Shown piece by piece: positions 9,728 to 18,842 of a stretch of 64,000 nucleotides of DNA. The stretch is from Acidobacteriota bacterium (lineage in GTDB: Bacteria; Acidobacteriota; UBA6911): positions 5,312,001 to 5,376,000 of the forward strand of contig OY761556.1 of NCBI GenBank assembly GCA_963664705.1, read 5' to 3'. The position numbers and the translations under genes are program-made. The notes beneath the pieces were generated by a model. That model saw only the letters and a program-made list of their open reading frames with translations. It was not told where the DNA came from and searched no databases. Numbering within the stretch: position 1 is the first letter of the stretch; each line of letters starts with the position of its first letter.

Positions 9728-9733
9728 TATAAT
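9728..9733 (+). promoter_or_regulatory. Possible sigma70 -10 element upstream of the csgG-like gene
   Basis: Perfect TATAAT 27 nt before the ATG, followed by a GAGG RBS; no clear -35. Confidence 0.35.
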
Positions 9734-9759
9734 TTTCTCAAAAAGAAGAGAGGTCGGTT

Positions 9760-10728
9760 ATGCGTCGCTTGTATGCCTTCACTGTCATTCTGTGCATTTC
9801 GTTAACCTTGGCGAATGCTCAAACCAAACCGCGCGTGGCGGTCATGGATTTTGATTACGCCACCGTGCAAGATGTCAGCGCTTCCATTTTTGGGACCAAT
9901 GTTGATATTGGAAAGGGCATTACCGATTTGCTGGTCGAAAAGCTGGTGAATGGCGGTTCGTTCTCCGTCATCGAACGAAAGGCGCTCGACAAGATTATGA
10001 CAGAGCAGAACCTATCGAACAGCGATCGATTCGACAGCACATCGGCGGCCAAGATCGGCCGATTGCTCGGAGTGGATGCGATTATCACCGGCAGCATCAC
10101 TCAATTCGGCCGCGATGATAAGAACACCAATATCGGTGGCGGCGCAGTCGGAGGCATTACGCGCCGGTTCGGAGTAGGGGGCGTCGGGAAAAAGGAATCA
10201 AAGGCAGCTGTCGGAATCACCGCGCGCATTATCAACACGGATACCGCTGAAATTCTGAGTGTTGCGACCGGGAAAGGTGAATCAAAGCGCTCCGGAGCCA
10301 CCCTGCTTGGCGCTGGCGGCAGTTCCGATACTGCGGCTGGCGGCATTGTCGATATGCGCAGCAGCAATTTTGCCAATACAATCCTGGGAGAAGCGGTCGG
10401 GCAGGCAGTCGCTTCTGTGGCAACGCAGCTCCAGGGGAATGCGAGCCGGCTTCCCGCACGTGTGGTAAAGATCGACGGCCTGGTTGCGGATGCAACGGGC
10501 GGGGTTCTGATCCTGAATGTAGGCAGTCGGGCTGGAGTGAAGGTAGGGGACAAGTTATCGGTTGTGCGCACGGGACGTGAGGTGCGCGATCCGGCCACCG
10601 GCAAGGTAATTCGGCGGGTTGAGGAAGCGCTGGGAGATGTCGTGATTACGGAGGTCGATGACCTTTCCTCCGTCGGCAAATACACGGGAGCCAATCCCGC
10701 AAAGGTAGGCGATCGAGTTCATAATTGA
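9760..10728 (+). CDS. CsgG/HfaB-family protein with C-terminal FlgT_C-like domain
   Basis: Signal peptide (ANA-Q), RVAVMDF, FSVIERKALDKIMTEQ, AAKIGRLLGVDAIITGSITQFG; C-terminal ILNVGSRAGVKVGD...RDPATG. Confidence 0.85.
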   Translation: MRRLYAFTVILCISLTLANAQTKPRVAVMDFDYATVQDVSASIFGTNVDIGKGITDLLVEKLVNGGSFSVIERKALDKIMTEQNLSNSDRFDSTSAAKIGRLLGVDAIITGSITQFGRDDKNTNIGGGAVGGITRRFGVGGVGKKESKAAVGITARIINTDTAEILSVATGKGESKRSGATLLGAGGSSDTAAGGIVDMRSSNFANTILGEAVGQAVASVATQLQGNASRLPARVVKIDGLVADATGGVLILNVGSRAGVKVGDKLSVVRTGREVRDPATGKVIRRVEEALGDVVITEVDDLSSVGKYTGANPAKVGDRVHN

Positions 10729-10739
10729 TACGAGGGCGT

Positions 10740-12467
10740 ATGGGCTACGAAATCGGTTCTCGAGTCGGTGATTACGAAATACTGGAGATTCTGGGCGCTG
10801 GAGGCATGGGCCGCGTGTATAGAGTCCGAAATGTAATTTCGGACCGCGTTGAGGCCATGAAGGTTCTGCTGCCGGATCTGGAGGGGAATCCGGGTCTCGC
10901 GGACCGTTTCATGCGCGAGATCAAAGTGCAGGCAAGTTTGGATCACCCGAACATTGCCGCGCTGTACACCGCACAGCGAATAGAAAATCAGCTCATTATG
11001 TTAATGGAGTTTGTCGAAGGAACTACGCTCGACAAACTGATGGAATCGGGACCCATTGCTATCGACAAGGCGGCGGACTATATCGCGCAGGTGCTATCGG
11101 CGCTTGCCTATGCGCATGCACGGGGTGTGGTTCATCGCGATCTCAAACCTGCCAACATGATGGTGACCGGGAGCGGCCTGGTCAAGCTGATGGATTTTGG
11201 AATAGCCAAAATGACGGCGGACAGAAAACTCACCCAAACCGGGAGCACGGTCGGATCGCTGTATTACATGTCTCCCGAGCAGATTCAGGGAGCTGTCGAT
11301 CTGGATCCGCGCTCAGATCTTTATTCGCTGGGTGTCTCACTGTATGAAATTGTCACGGGAGCCAGGCCTTTCCAGGGTGACAGCGAATATTCGATCATGG
11401 CCGCGCACCTTCAAAGCAATCCGCCTCCCCCGATTCAGATTTCACCGAAACTTCCGGCAGGGCTGAATGAGATTATCCTTCAGGCTCTCGAAAAGGATCC
11501 GGCCCGGCGATTTCAGACAGCGGACGCATTCAGAAACGCTTTGCTGTATGTCTGCAAAGGCGGGCAGGGAGCGGCCGTTGCGCCGTCGCCAGTGGCTCCG
11601 CCGCAACCGGCCAAAAAGGCGGACCCCGTTCCTCCGGCCAAACCGCAAGTTCCCCCTGCTCCTGTCGCGCCATCCGGCCGTTCTCATCGCGGGCTATGGA
11701 TCGCGGTTGGCGCTGTTCTTGCGATTGCCGTGATTGTTGTGGCCGCAATGCAGATCCCAAAGTTCCGGCGCACGGCGGCGGAAACTGGGCAGGCTCAGCC
11801 TCCGATAGCAAGCCAGGCTGCGGATCCGCCGGTTGTGCAAACAACAACGACCACAGCCGCCGAAACGCAGCCTTTGACGACAGAAAACACCGCCACACCG
11901 GCAACGACACAAACTCCGCCGTCCGCTCCTCCGGCTCAGCTTTCCACCGCGGCCAGCCAGACCGCCGAGTCAGTGAAGGTAGCCAAGCCGCCGGCCGCGG
12001 CTCGCGTCGCGACGGTACAGCCCGTGAGAACAGGCCGTGCAATTCAGGAATCTGTGGCGGTCCGATCGAACCCACCGGCGGTCACTTCTTTTGCCGAGCC
12101 GCCGGCAGTCTCCAGCTCGGCCAGACAGGAACCTCCGCAACAAACCTATCAGCAGACTCCGTCTAATCCGCCCGCTCCTGCGGAGGATCCGGCAATCGCG
12201 GAGCGACTGAAGGAAGTGAACGAGCAGTTAGACATGTTGGGAGTAAGGGCAGGCACGGTCCGGGGCAGCCTTGAGGCGTTGCGTAAGCAACAGGCAATGT
12301 CCGGACTTGGGTTGAGAGCCGATATGGCCAATGCCGCCCAGCGGATGGAAATGTTTATGAGTCAGACGCAAAGTGCGCTCAAGCGGCGGGACGCGGATGC
12401 AGCAAAGAAAAACCTGGATTCCGCGGAACGCGAAGTTTCCAAGCTCGAAAATTTTCTACACAAATAG
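10740..12467 (+). CDS. Membrane-anchored Hanks-type Ser/Thr protein kinase
   Basis: GAGGMG, AMK, HRDLKPAN, DFG, YMSPEQ, DLYSLG; TM helix LWIAVGAVLAIAVIVVAAM; Pro/Thr-rich linker and helical C-terminal domain. Confidence 0.95.
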   Translation: MGYEIGSRVGDYEILEILGAGGMGRVYRVRNVISDRVEAMKVLLPDLEGNPGLADRFMREIKVQASLDHPNIAALYTAQRIENQLIMLMEFVEGTTLDKLMESGPIAIDKAADYIAQVLSALAYAHARGVVHRDLKPANMMVTGSGLVKLMDFGIAKMTADRKLTQTGSTVGSLYYMSPEQIQGAVDLDPRSDLYSLGVSLYEIVTGARPFQGDSEYSIMAAHLQSNPPPPIQISPKLPAGLNEIILQALEKDPARRFQTADAFRNALLYVCKGGQGAAVAPSPVAPPQPAKKADPVPPAKPQVPPAPVAPSGRSHRGLWIAVGAVLAIAVIVVAAMQIPKFRRTAAETGQAQPPIASQAADPPVVQTTTTTAAETQPLTTENTATPATTQTPPSAPPAQLSTAASQTAESVKVAKPPAAARVATVQPVRTGRAIQESVAVRSNPPAVTSFAEPPAVSSSARQEPPQQTYQQTPSNPPAPAEDPAIAERLKEVNEQLDMLGVRAGTVRGSLEALRKQQAMSGLGLRADMANAAQRMEMFMSQTQSALKRRDADAAKKNLDSAEREVSKLENFLHK

Positions 12468-12484
12468 GAAGGCAATATTCTGCA

Positions 12485-12530
12485 ATGCGCGAAATCCACA
12501 GCAACCGGATCAGCTGTGGATTTCGCGCAT
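12485..12530. terminator. Perfect 18-bp inverted repeat between convergent genes
   Basis: ATGCGCGAAATCCACAGC - 10 nt loop - GCTGTGGATTTCGCGCAT. Confidence 0.7.
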
Positions 12531-12545
12531 GGAACGAGCGCTTTT

Positions 12546-13349
12546 TCAGGACTCCCAGGGAACCGGCGGCGGCTGCCACATGACTGATACGGCATCCTGG
12601 GTCGCATAATCGGAATCCACTTTTGCCCCACCAATCCAATTGTCGCCACGATACTGCCAGACTTTTACCATCCCAAAATGGCCTGCATCGGGAGCATCCG
12701 GTACCCAGGGACCGGGGTCTGTAAAATTGCCGCGATGCGGGCTGAAAGACCAGATCCATGCTCTCTGGCTGATATTGGGGACTCGGACCCAGTTTGTTTG
12801 AATGATGGCCGCTTCAATGGCACCGAAACGCTCGACCAGCAGTTCCGGGTACGTCATCAGCACAAGCGCATTGACATAGGTCTGTTTCAGCGTGCAGTAC
12901 AGACCTGCCTGGTATGCGCTCATACCAAACACGGAGGACCACCACCCAAGAATCCAGGCTGGAGTTACATTGGGCCAGGAAGGTTCAATGTCCGCCCATA
13001 TATACACACCGGGAGGAATCCCCAGAGTGGAAGCCGCATTGATGGCATCAAGTCCATCCTGAATGCCATCCATAAAGGTGCCCCTCCAGGCAATTCCTCT
13101 GCGCTGGTAAACCGTGCGGTTATAAATGGGCAGGATAGCGCATCCATTTTGAAAGAGGTAATTCACTTCGGCGGTGGTTAGAGTACTCTTGTCTCCGGAA
13201 GCATTGGGTGTTCGGATATAACGTCCCCAATATGCGGGTTTCTTCTTTTTCCGAACCTGGTCAAAAAGCGTCAAGTTGGAGGTTGATTGCCAGGTGGCCG
13301 GTGTAACGGAATCTACTCCCCAGTGGGGATCTGTGATCCATTGTCCCAT
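12546..13349 (-). CDS. DUF1906 / Rv2525c-like glycoside hydrolase (putative peptidoglycan hydrolase)
   Basis: WGVDS, YWGRY, LTTAEV, ILPIYN, G..DG..A...A..LGIP....IWADIE, WQY, VDSD: the GH25-like TIM-barrel pattern of DUF1906. Confidence 0.75.
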   Translation of the reverse strand: MGQWITDPHWGVDSVTPATWQSTSNLTLFDQVRKKKKPAYWGRYIRTPNASGDKSTLTTAEVNYLFQNGCAILPIYNRTVYQRRGIAWRGTFMDGIQDGLDAINAASTLGIPPGVYIWADIEPSWPNVTPAWILGWWSSVFGMSAYQAGLYCTLKQTYVNALVLMTYPELLVERFGAIEAAIIQTNWVRVPNISQRAWIWSFSPHRGNFTDPGPWVPDAPDAGHFGMVKVWQYRGDNWIGGAKVDSDYATQDAVSVMWQPPPVPWES

Positions 13350-13468
13350 ACAATGCCCTCTCTCGCCTGTCTGGTAATGCAATAAACTTAGTAGAACAAA
13401 TCAATGCTGGTTAGCGGCAGTGTAGGAAAAGATATCTATAAAAGCAACAGAGTATACAGAGATTCTGC

Positions 13469-14986
13469 TTATAGTTGCGGGGTAAGGAAGCCTCTCCGGA
13501 TCAGCGCCTGAACAATGCTCAGGCAACCGCCTGAAACAGTTTCGAAAGGTACATTTGCATCCTTGGCCAGGGCTGAGATCAGGTCGCGCAAGGGCGTCGT
13601 GCCATCGCAGGTACGGATCAGGTTGGCAATACGGAGGTCCATTACCGCCGAGAACTGAAAACCTCCGATTTGACGAAGCTGGTATTGGCCGGCTTCCCAC
13701 GCGGATCCATTCCAGGTTCGCGAAGTTTCTATGGCAACGGAAGGAGCGATACCCACTCTGCAATTCAGCAGGTCGGCGCCAAGGCTGTCTACGATATCTG
13801 TCGCTTCGAAATATCGCGCCACGGCTTCTCCAAATTGGGTTGGCGTGCGAGGCGGAAGAGATTCCAGGTGTACCCAATTGGAACTTGCCGTTCTCTTGCG
13901 CAGGGCCAGGAGTCCTTCCGAGATTGATACAACATTCCTTCCTGTAAAATAATCAATGTAGTTATCGTAACCTGCTTGCTGTATTGCCGGATCGAGCATC
14001 TCGGTATCGTGCATGGTTTCTTCGGAATGTTCGTGGATGTCCTTGATTCGCATGTGGAGCAGAAGGACGTCGCACGAGAGGTTCTGCACGGCATCCAGAA
14101 TGCGTTCTTTCCATTCTGCCCCGGCTATATTGGGCCATTCCAGGGTGCACTGAAAAATGCCGCCCTCATTTAGGTAGGCGGGCGCTTCGGCGATGATTTG
14201 CCGGCAAAAGCCGTCGAGTTCGATGCCACTGTCGCGGAAAGAGTAATGGGATGCCGGACCAATGATGCAAGGCGGATTGGCGGTAATAAGATCAAAAGAG
14301 CATCCGGCAACCGGCTCAAAGAGGCTTCCGGTAGCAAACTGAATGTTGGATATTCCATTGAGGCGGGCATTGAACGTGGCCAGTTGAATGGCTCTCGGAT
14401 TGAGGTCTGTTGCGACAATCTGTTCGCTGGATTGGGCGGCAAGGAATCCCAGGATTCCGCATCCCGTGCAGAGATCAAGCACGCGAGCGAACCGTCGGGG
14501 CACCATAAAACGGGCGAGCGTGGCCGAGCTGTTGGTTGCGCTGTTGACATAATCGGAATCGGCGCCGCAATCCAGGAGCTCGGGTTTTTCGGATGCAAGC
14601 AACAGGCCCTCAATGACGCTGATGGCAACAAGCGCTTCCACCTGATCCCCATCGATACAAAGCAATCCGGCATCGCACCATTCTTCTATCGGGATTGGTT
14701 GGAGCGTCTCTCGAGCGGCGGTCAGCGAAACAGGAACGCCCAGGAGAAACAGGCGAGCCAGCGTATTCAGCTTAGTTTTCTCAGAAGTCAATCGAAGCAG
14801 GCGGGGAAGATTCTGGCCGCCGCGCGCGCGCAGCTCAATCACTTCAGAAGTTTTCTCGGGCGAGGGCGGAAGATAGCCCGATTCCACGAAGGCCTGACGG
14901 AACCTTGTTGCCTGAGACAGGGAAATGGCCGCAATCTTTTGTGTGTCCGCTCGTTTCAGTTGTGCCTGCGATGGTTGAGTTTCCAT
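13469..14986 (-). CDS. Class I SAM-dependent N-methyltransferase (HemK/MTS-like) with C-terminal winged-helix-like domain
   Basis: VLDLCTGCG, ATDLNPRA, FNARLN, GSLFEPV, FDLITANPPC, FRDSG; C-terminal CDGTTPLRDL...LIRRGFL. Confidence 0.85.
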   Translation of the reverse strand: METQPSQAQLKRADTQKIAAISLSQATRFRQAFVESGYLPPSPEKTSEVIELRARGGQNLPRLLRLTSEKTKLNTLARLFLLGVPVSLTAARETLQPIPIEEWCDAGLLCIDGDQVEALVAISVIEGLLLASEKPELLDCGADSDYVNSATNSSATLARFMVPRRFARVLDLCTGCGILGFLAAQSSEQIVATDLNPRAIQLATFNARLNGISNIQFATGSLFEPVAGCSFDLITANPPCIIGPASHYSFRDSGIELDGFCRQIIAEAPAYLNEGGIFQCTLEWPNIAGAEWKERILDAVQNLSCDVLLLHMRIKDIHEHSEETMHDTEMLDPAIQQAGYDNYIDYFTGRNVVSISEGLLALRKRTASSNWVHLESLPPRTPTQFGEAVARYFEATDIVDSLGADLLNCRVGIAPSVAIETSRTWNGSAWEAGQYQLRQIGGFQFSAVMDLRIANLIRTCDGTTPLRDLISALAKDANVPFETVSGGCLSIVQALIRRGFLTPQL

Positions 14987-15142
14987 TCAGTGACAATAAG
15001 ACAAGTTCGGATATCCCGCCACGAAAATCGGGGAGGTTGTGCTTGTTGCCCGGGTTCTCCGATTTCGAGCTGATTCTGGTCCCTTGACTATGGTTTAGGC
15101 CAAGGTCTATAGTGGCGGTCTTTCTTTTTCCGGAGGAAAACC

Positions 15143-16342
15143 ATGTCTGGACCTTTAACCGGTGTTCGGGTTGTAGAAATTACAATGTTTCAGCAGGGGC
15201 CGAAAGCTGGAGCGCGCCTGGGTGATCTTGGTGCCGATGTCATCAAGGTTGAACCTAAAGAGGGCGATCCGGCGCGCGGTTTTATGCGCCTGATTGGCGC
15301 CACCGCTGGTCTCAAAGGCCCGAATTATTATTTTGAAAGCCACAACCGAAACAAGCGAAGCATCGCCATGAACCTCAAGTCAAAACAGGGGATGGAAGTT
15401 TTCCTGAAGCTGATTGACAATGCGGATGTATTCGTCACAAACATGAGTATCGACGCGCCGATCAAAATGGGAATTGGGCCGGAAGTCCTATTGAAAAGGA
15501 ATCCGCGCCTCATCTATGCGCACTCTTCAGGGTGGGGCAGAAAAGGCCCCGACGCCAGTGAGCTTTCTTTTGACTATACCGGGATTGCCCGCTCCGGATT
15601 CATGATGTGTGCTGGTGAGCGCAACAGTCCGCCCTCCTCCATGCTGCCAGGGATGGGTGATGAGATGGGTGGTCTGATGCTGGCTTGGGGAGTTACGGCG
15701 GCTCTGTATGCAAGAGAGAAAACCGGGAAAGGCCAGGTAGTGGATACATCCCTGATGGGAAGCATCATTGCACTTGCCGGTCTGATTATGGATGCGCCGG
15801 CTATGCTTGGCCAGGAATTTCCCCGGGATTCCCGTGCAGATGCCGGTAACCCCATGTACAACCATTATCGGTGCCGAGATGAAAAGTGGATTGCCGTGGC
15901 GCACCTGCAGCCGGACCGTTATTGGCCGCCATTCTGCAAAGCCATGGAAATCGCTGATTTGGAACAGGACCCGCGGTTCAACACCTTGGAGGCCCGAGGA
16001 AAGAACTCCACAGAGCTGGTTCGTATTCTGGATGAAAAGTTTGCCTCCAAGACTCGGGAAGAATGGATCAAACAGTTGAAGGATGGCGGCTGTATCTGCA
16101 CGCCGGTCCAGACCCCGCTGGAAGTAAGTCGGGATCCGCAGGCTTTTGCGAACAACTACTTTATTGAAGTCGATCATCCATCCATGGGTAAGACGAGAAT
16201 GGTCGGGTTCCCTTGGGATTTCAGCGAAACGCCGGCTTCATGGCGCAAGCCAGCTCCGGGACTAGGTCAGCACACCGATGAGATTCTGGACGAATTGGGA
16301 TACTCGAAAGAAGAGGCTGCCAAGCTGAAGGAAAACATGTAG
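15143..16342 (+). CDS. Class III CoA-transferase (CaiB/BaiF family)
   Basis: GPLTGVRVVE, LGDLGADVIKVEP..GDPAR, NRNKRS, GKGQVVDTSL, APGLGQHTDEIL. Confidence 0.95.
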   Translation: MSGPLTGVRVVEITMFQQGPKAGARLGDLGADVIKVEPKEGDPARGFMRLIGATAGLKGPNYYFESHNRNKRSIAMNLKSKQGMEVFLKLIDNADVFVTNMSIDAPIKMGIGPEVLLKRNPRLIYAHSSGWGRKGPDASELSFDYTGIARSGFMMCAGERNSPPSSMLPGMGDEMGGLMLAWGVTAALYAREKTGKGQVVDTSLMGSIIALAGLIMDAPAMLGQEFPRDSRADAGNPMYNHYRCRDEKWIAVAHLQPDRYWPPFCKAMEIADLEQDPRFNTLEARGKNSTELVRILDEKFASKTREEWIKQLKDGGCICTPVQTPLEVSRDPQAFANNYFIEVDHPSMGKTRMVGFPWDFSETPASWRKPAPGLGQHTDEILDELGYSKEEAAKLKENM

Positions 16343-16349
16343 GTATCGG

Positions 16350-16393
16350 TTGTCAGCCGTCAGCATTGCCAAGGTTTTGCTGACGGCTGGCAA
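16350..16393. terminator. Inverted repeat between convergent genes
   Basis: TTGTCAGCCGTCAGCA ... TGCTGACGGCTGGCAA. Confidence 0.65.
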
Positions 16394-16411
16394 TTATCAA
16401 TCGCGTCAGAA

Positions 16412-17698
16412 TTATTCACGAACGACAGGAATGATCATTCCGCCCGAAGGAAGAATCGTGACATCGGCGCGTGGAAGCTTCTTCCTGACCTGCTCAATCG
16501 CCTCCTGCACATTTCGCGCGTAACCGAAATTCATCAACTCCACCTGCTCGCGAGTCAATCCTTCCGTCGCATGAATGACGTTGTATTGCTCCGCGATTTC
16601 CTTAAACGGAACACCCAGCATAAAAAAGGAAATGCCGAACGGCTTGAGAGCGTCCGGAATATCTCCGCGCAGCAATCGACGGTGATAGTCATTGGCACTC
16701 TTGGCCTGCGCCATCTGCTCGATCAGGAACATGAGAGGGCCAGGCTGGTTTTCCTTGGCCAACCAGATAATGGTGCCTCCGGTTTTCGCGGCAAGTCTGG
16801 CATTGAGGAGCGATTTGCTTGCCTGAACGCCCGGCTCCAGGGGAGAGGCGGATGTGATGACGACGTCGGCCGGTTTTGGAAGGAAAACCTGGTAAAGCGA
16901 AAGGGAGTGCCTGGCCGCTTCCTTGTGTTCCTCGACGGGATCCCCCGCAAAAGTGCGAATGACCTGATCGAGTTCGTTCATCAGGAAATCCACCTTGAAG
17001 GACAATCCTCCAAGTCGCGCGATCTCGACCTCCTCTTCGTACCACATATTTCCGTCCAGGATGCTGAGCTTGCAGGTCTTGTTCCGAAGCCAGGAGTAAT
17101 GATGCTCCCCGATGGTCCGGTACGATGAAACTCCGGGAAGAAGGATTTTGCATCCGCCGCTGAAGCCGGAATAGGGGTGAGGCATACAGGTTCCGATGCC
17201 GATCACCAGGTCTGCTTCAGCGACATTCCTGTTTATTTCCACAACCGTCCCGCGGCTGGTTCTTCCTACAAACACATTTTCCGAGGATTGGGCATCGTGG
17301 ATTAGAACACGGCCGGCAAGTCGGGCCAGCACCTCTTTGCCAACCTTCTTTTCCAGCTGCTCGGGGGTTGGCGCGGGATGCGTTCCTCTGGCGCAAATCG
17401 CCGTGATGCGCTCGTCCAGGACTCCAGCTTTATTCAGACGATTCAGGACGGCCGGAATGGCCAGAGCCGCCGGAGTGGGTCGCTGCATATCGTCGAACAG
17501 GATCGTTACCTTCATTCCGGGACGCGCAAGCTTTTCCAGCGGAGCGGTTCCGATCGGATTGTCCAGGGCGCGCTCAATCTCGCCGGAGATGTCCTCAACC
17601 ACCGGCGCCTTTGCGCAATCCGCGGCACTGATTACATTCCACTCTGAAGGAACAGAAAAATGAATTTTGCTTCCATCTTGATTCAGGTAGTATTCCAT
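16412..17698 (-). CDS. LarA-family nickel-pincer-dependent 2-hydroxyacid racemase/epimerase (copy 1)
   Basis: ALDNPIGT, DDMQRPTP, GTH, GRTSRGT, PH..SGFSGGCKILLPG, QASK. Confidence 0.9.
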   Translation of the reverse strand: MEYYLNQDGSKIHFSVPSEWNVISAADCAKAPVVEDISGEIERALDNPIGTAPLEKLARPGMKVTILFDDMQRPTPAALAIPAVLNRLNKAGVLDERITAICARGTHPAPTPEQLEKKVGKEVLARLAGRVLIHDAQSSENVFVGRTSRGTVVEINRNVAEADLVIGIGTCMPHPYSGFSGGCKILLPGVSSYRTIGEHHYSWLRNKTCKLSILDGNMWYEEEVEIARLGGLSFKVDFLMNELDQVIRTFAGDPVEEHKEAARHSLSLYQVFLPKPADVVITSASPLEPGVQASKSLLNARLAAKTGGTIIWLAKENQPGPLMFLIEQMAQAKSANDYHRRLLRGDIPDALKPFGISFFMLGVPFKEIAEQYNVIHATEGLTREQVELMNFGYARNVQEAIEQVRKKLPRADVTILPSGGMIIPVVRE

Positions 17699-17822
17699 AG
17701 CATCCCCGCCTTTCTGCAAAGCGCCTAATTATATACCGGATTTATCCTGAAATGCCGCAACTCGCAGTCGGTCACAAAGGCGGCCGCTTTGCGCAGGGAG
17801 CTTATTTTCCCTTGACAGCCCC

Positions 17823-18842
17823 TTGCGGAGCTTAATATGGTTTGCGTTTCTCGTGAGGTGTAACTTGTTGAGCACAAAACCGAAACAGCTCGCAGTGATC
17901 GGCGCCGGACCCATTGGTGGAATCCTCACGGCCCATCTTTGCGCTCTAGGCCACAGAGTTTGCCTTGTGGATGCCTGGAAGGAGCATATTGCGAGCATTC
18001 GTACTCACGGGCTGCGAATCACCGGGAAAGAAGAGCTGCAGGCAAGGCCCGCGTATCTATTTGATTCTATTGAAGCCCTTTCTGATATCGCACCGGAATT
18101 CGTTTTCATCTGTACGAAAGGTTGCGATCTTGATACTGTGATAAGCCAAGTGAGCGATGCGCTCAAGCGATCGGCTGTGTTCCTTTGTTTCCAGAACGGC
18201 ATTGATACCGAGCAAGTGGTTGTTCGGCACATTGAACGCGGGCGGGTCCTGCGGGCTGTGCTTAGTTATGCCGGTGTTCTAACGGGCCCCGGCGAGATCC
18301 GGGAGAGTTTTTTTACACCACCGAATTATCTGGGCTGGCTTGATGACAAGGGGGAAGAGTCTTGTAGGGAAATCGCCGCAATGCTGTCGGAAAGCGGGCT
18401 GGCGACTGAAGCCACGGGCGAAATCAGCCGCTATGAGTGGCGGAAGACGATTCTGAATACTTGTACGATGGCAATTGGGGCTGTAACCGGACTGAATATC
18501 GAGGAAATGGTGCAATTTCCTCCCACAGCTCAGCTGGTAGAGCTTTTGCTTCAGGAATCGATTGCGGTGGCGGCTGCATATGGGTTTGAATATGGGCCAG
18601 GATTTGTCGAAATGGTGAGGCATTTTAACCAGCATGCCGGGCCGCACAAACCTTCAATGCTGGTGGATCTTGAAAACCGGCGTAAGACGGAGAATGCTTT
18701 TCTTGTTCGGCGGATTGCAGAATATGCCGAGTTGAAAGGAATGGCGGCCCCAGTGCATCGTTCGATGGCGAATATCATCGATGCCCTGGAGATGCGTGGC
18801 CTTGAGCTGCGTCGCTTACAGCAGGCTGGACAGGATCAGTAA
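17823..18842 (+). CDS. Ketopantoate reductase (PanE/ApbA) family NAD(P)H oxidoreductase
   Basis: GAGPIG, FICTK, FQNG, WRKTILN, HKPSMLVD, RKTE; exact start uncertain. Confidence 0.88.
   Translation: MRSLIWFAFLVRCNLLSTKPKQLAVIGAGPIGGILTAHLCALGHRVCLVDAWKEHIASIRTHGLRITGKEELQARPAYLFDSIEALSDIAPEFVFICTKGCDLDTVISQVSDALKRSAVFLCFQNGIDTEQVVVRHIERGRVLRAVLSYAGVLTGPGEIRESFFTPPNYLGWLDDKGEESCREIAAMLSESGLATEATGEISRYEWRKTILNTCTMAIGAVTGLNIEEMVQFPPTAQLVELLLQESIAVAAAYGFEYGPGFVEMVRHFNQHAGPHKPSMLVDLENRRKTENAFLVRRIAEYAELKGMAAPVHRSMANIIDALEMRGLELRRLQQAGQDQ

Noticed and set aside
9760-10728. Curli biogenesis locus
   Set aside because: No csgA/B/E/F-like genes, no clear lipobox, and an extra FlgT_C-like domain.
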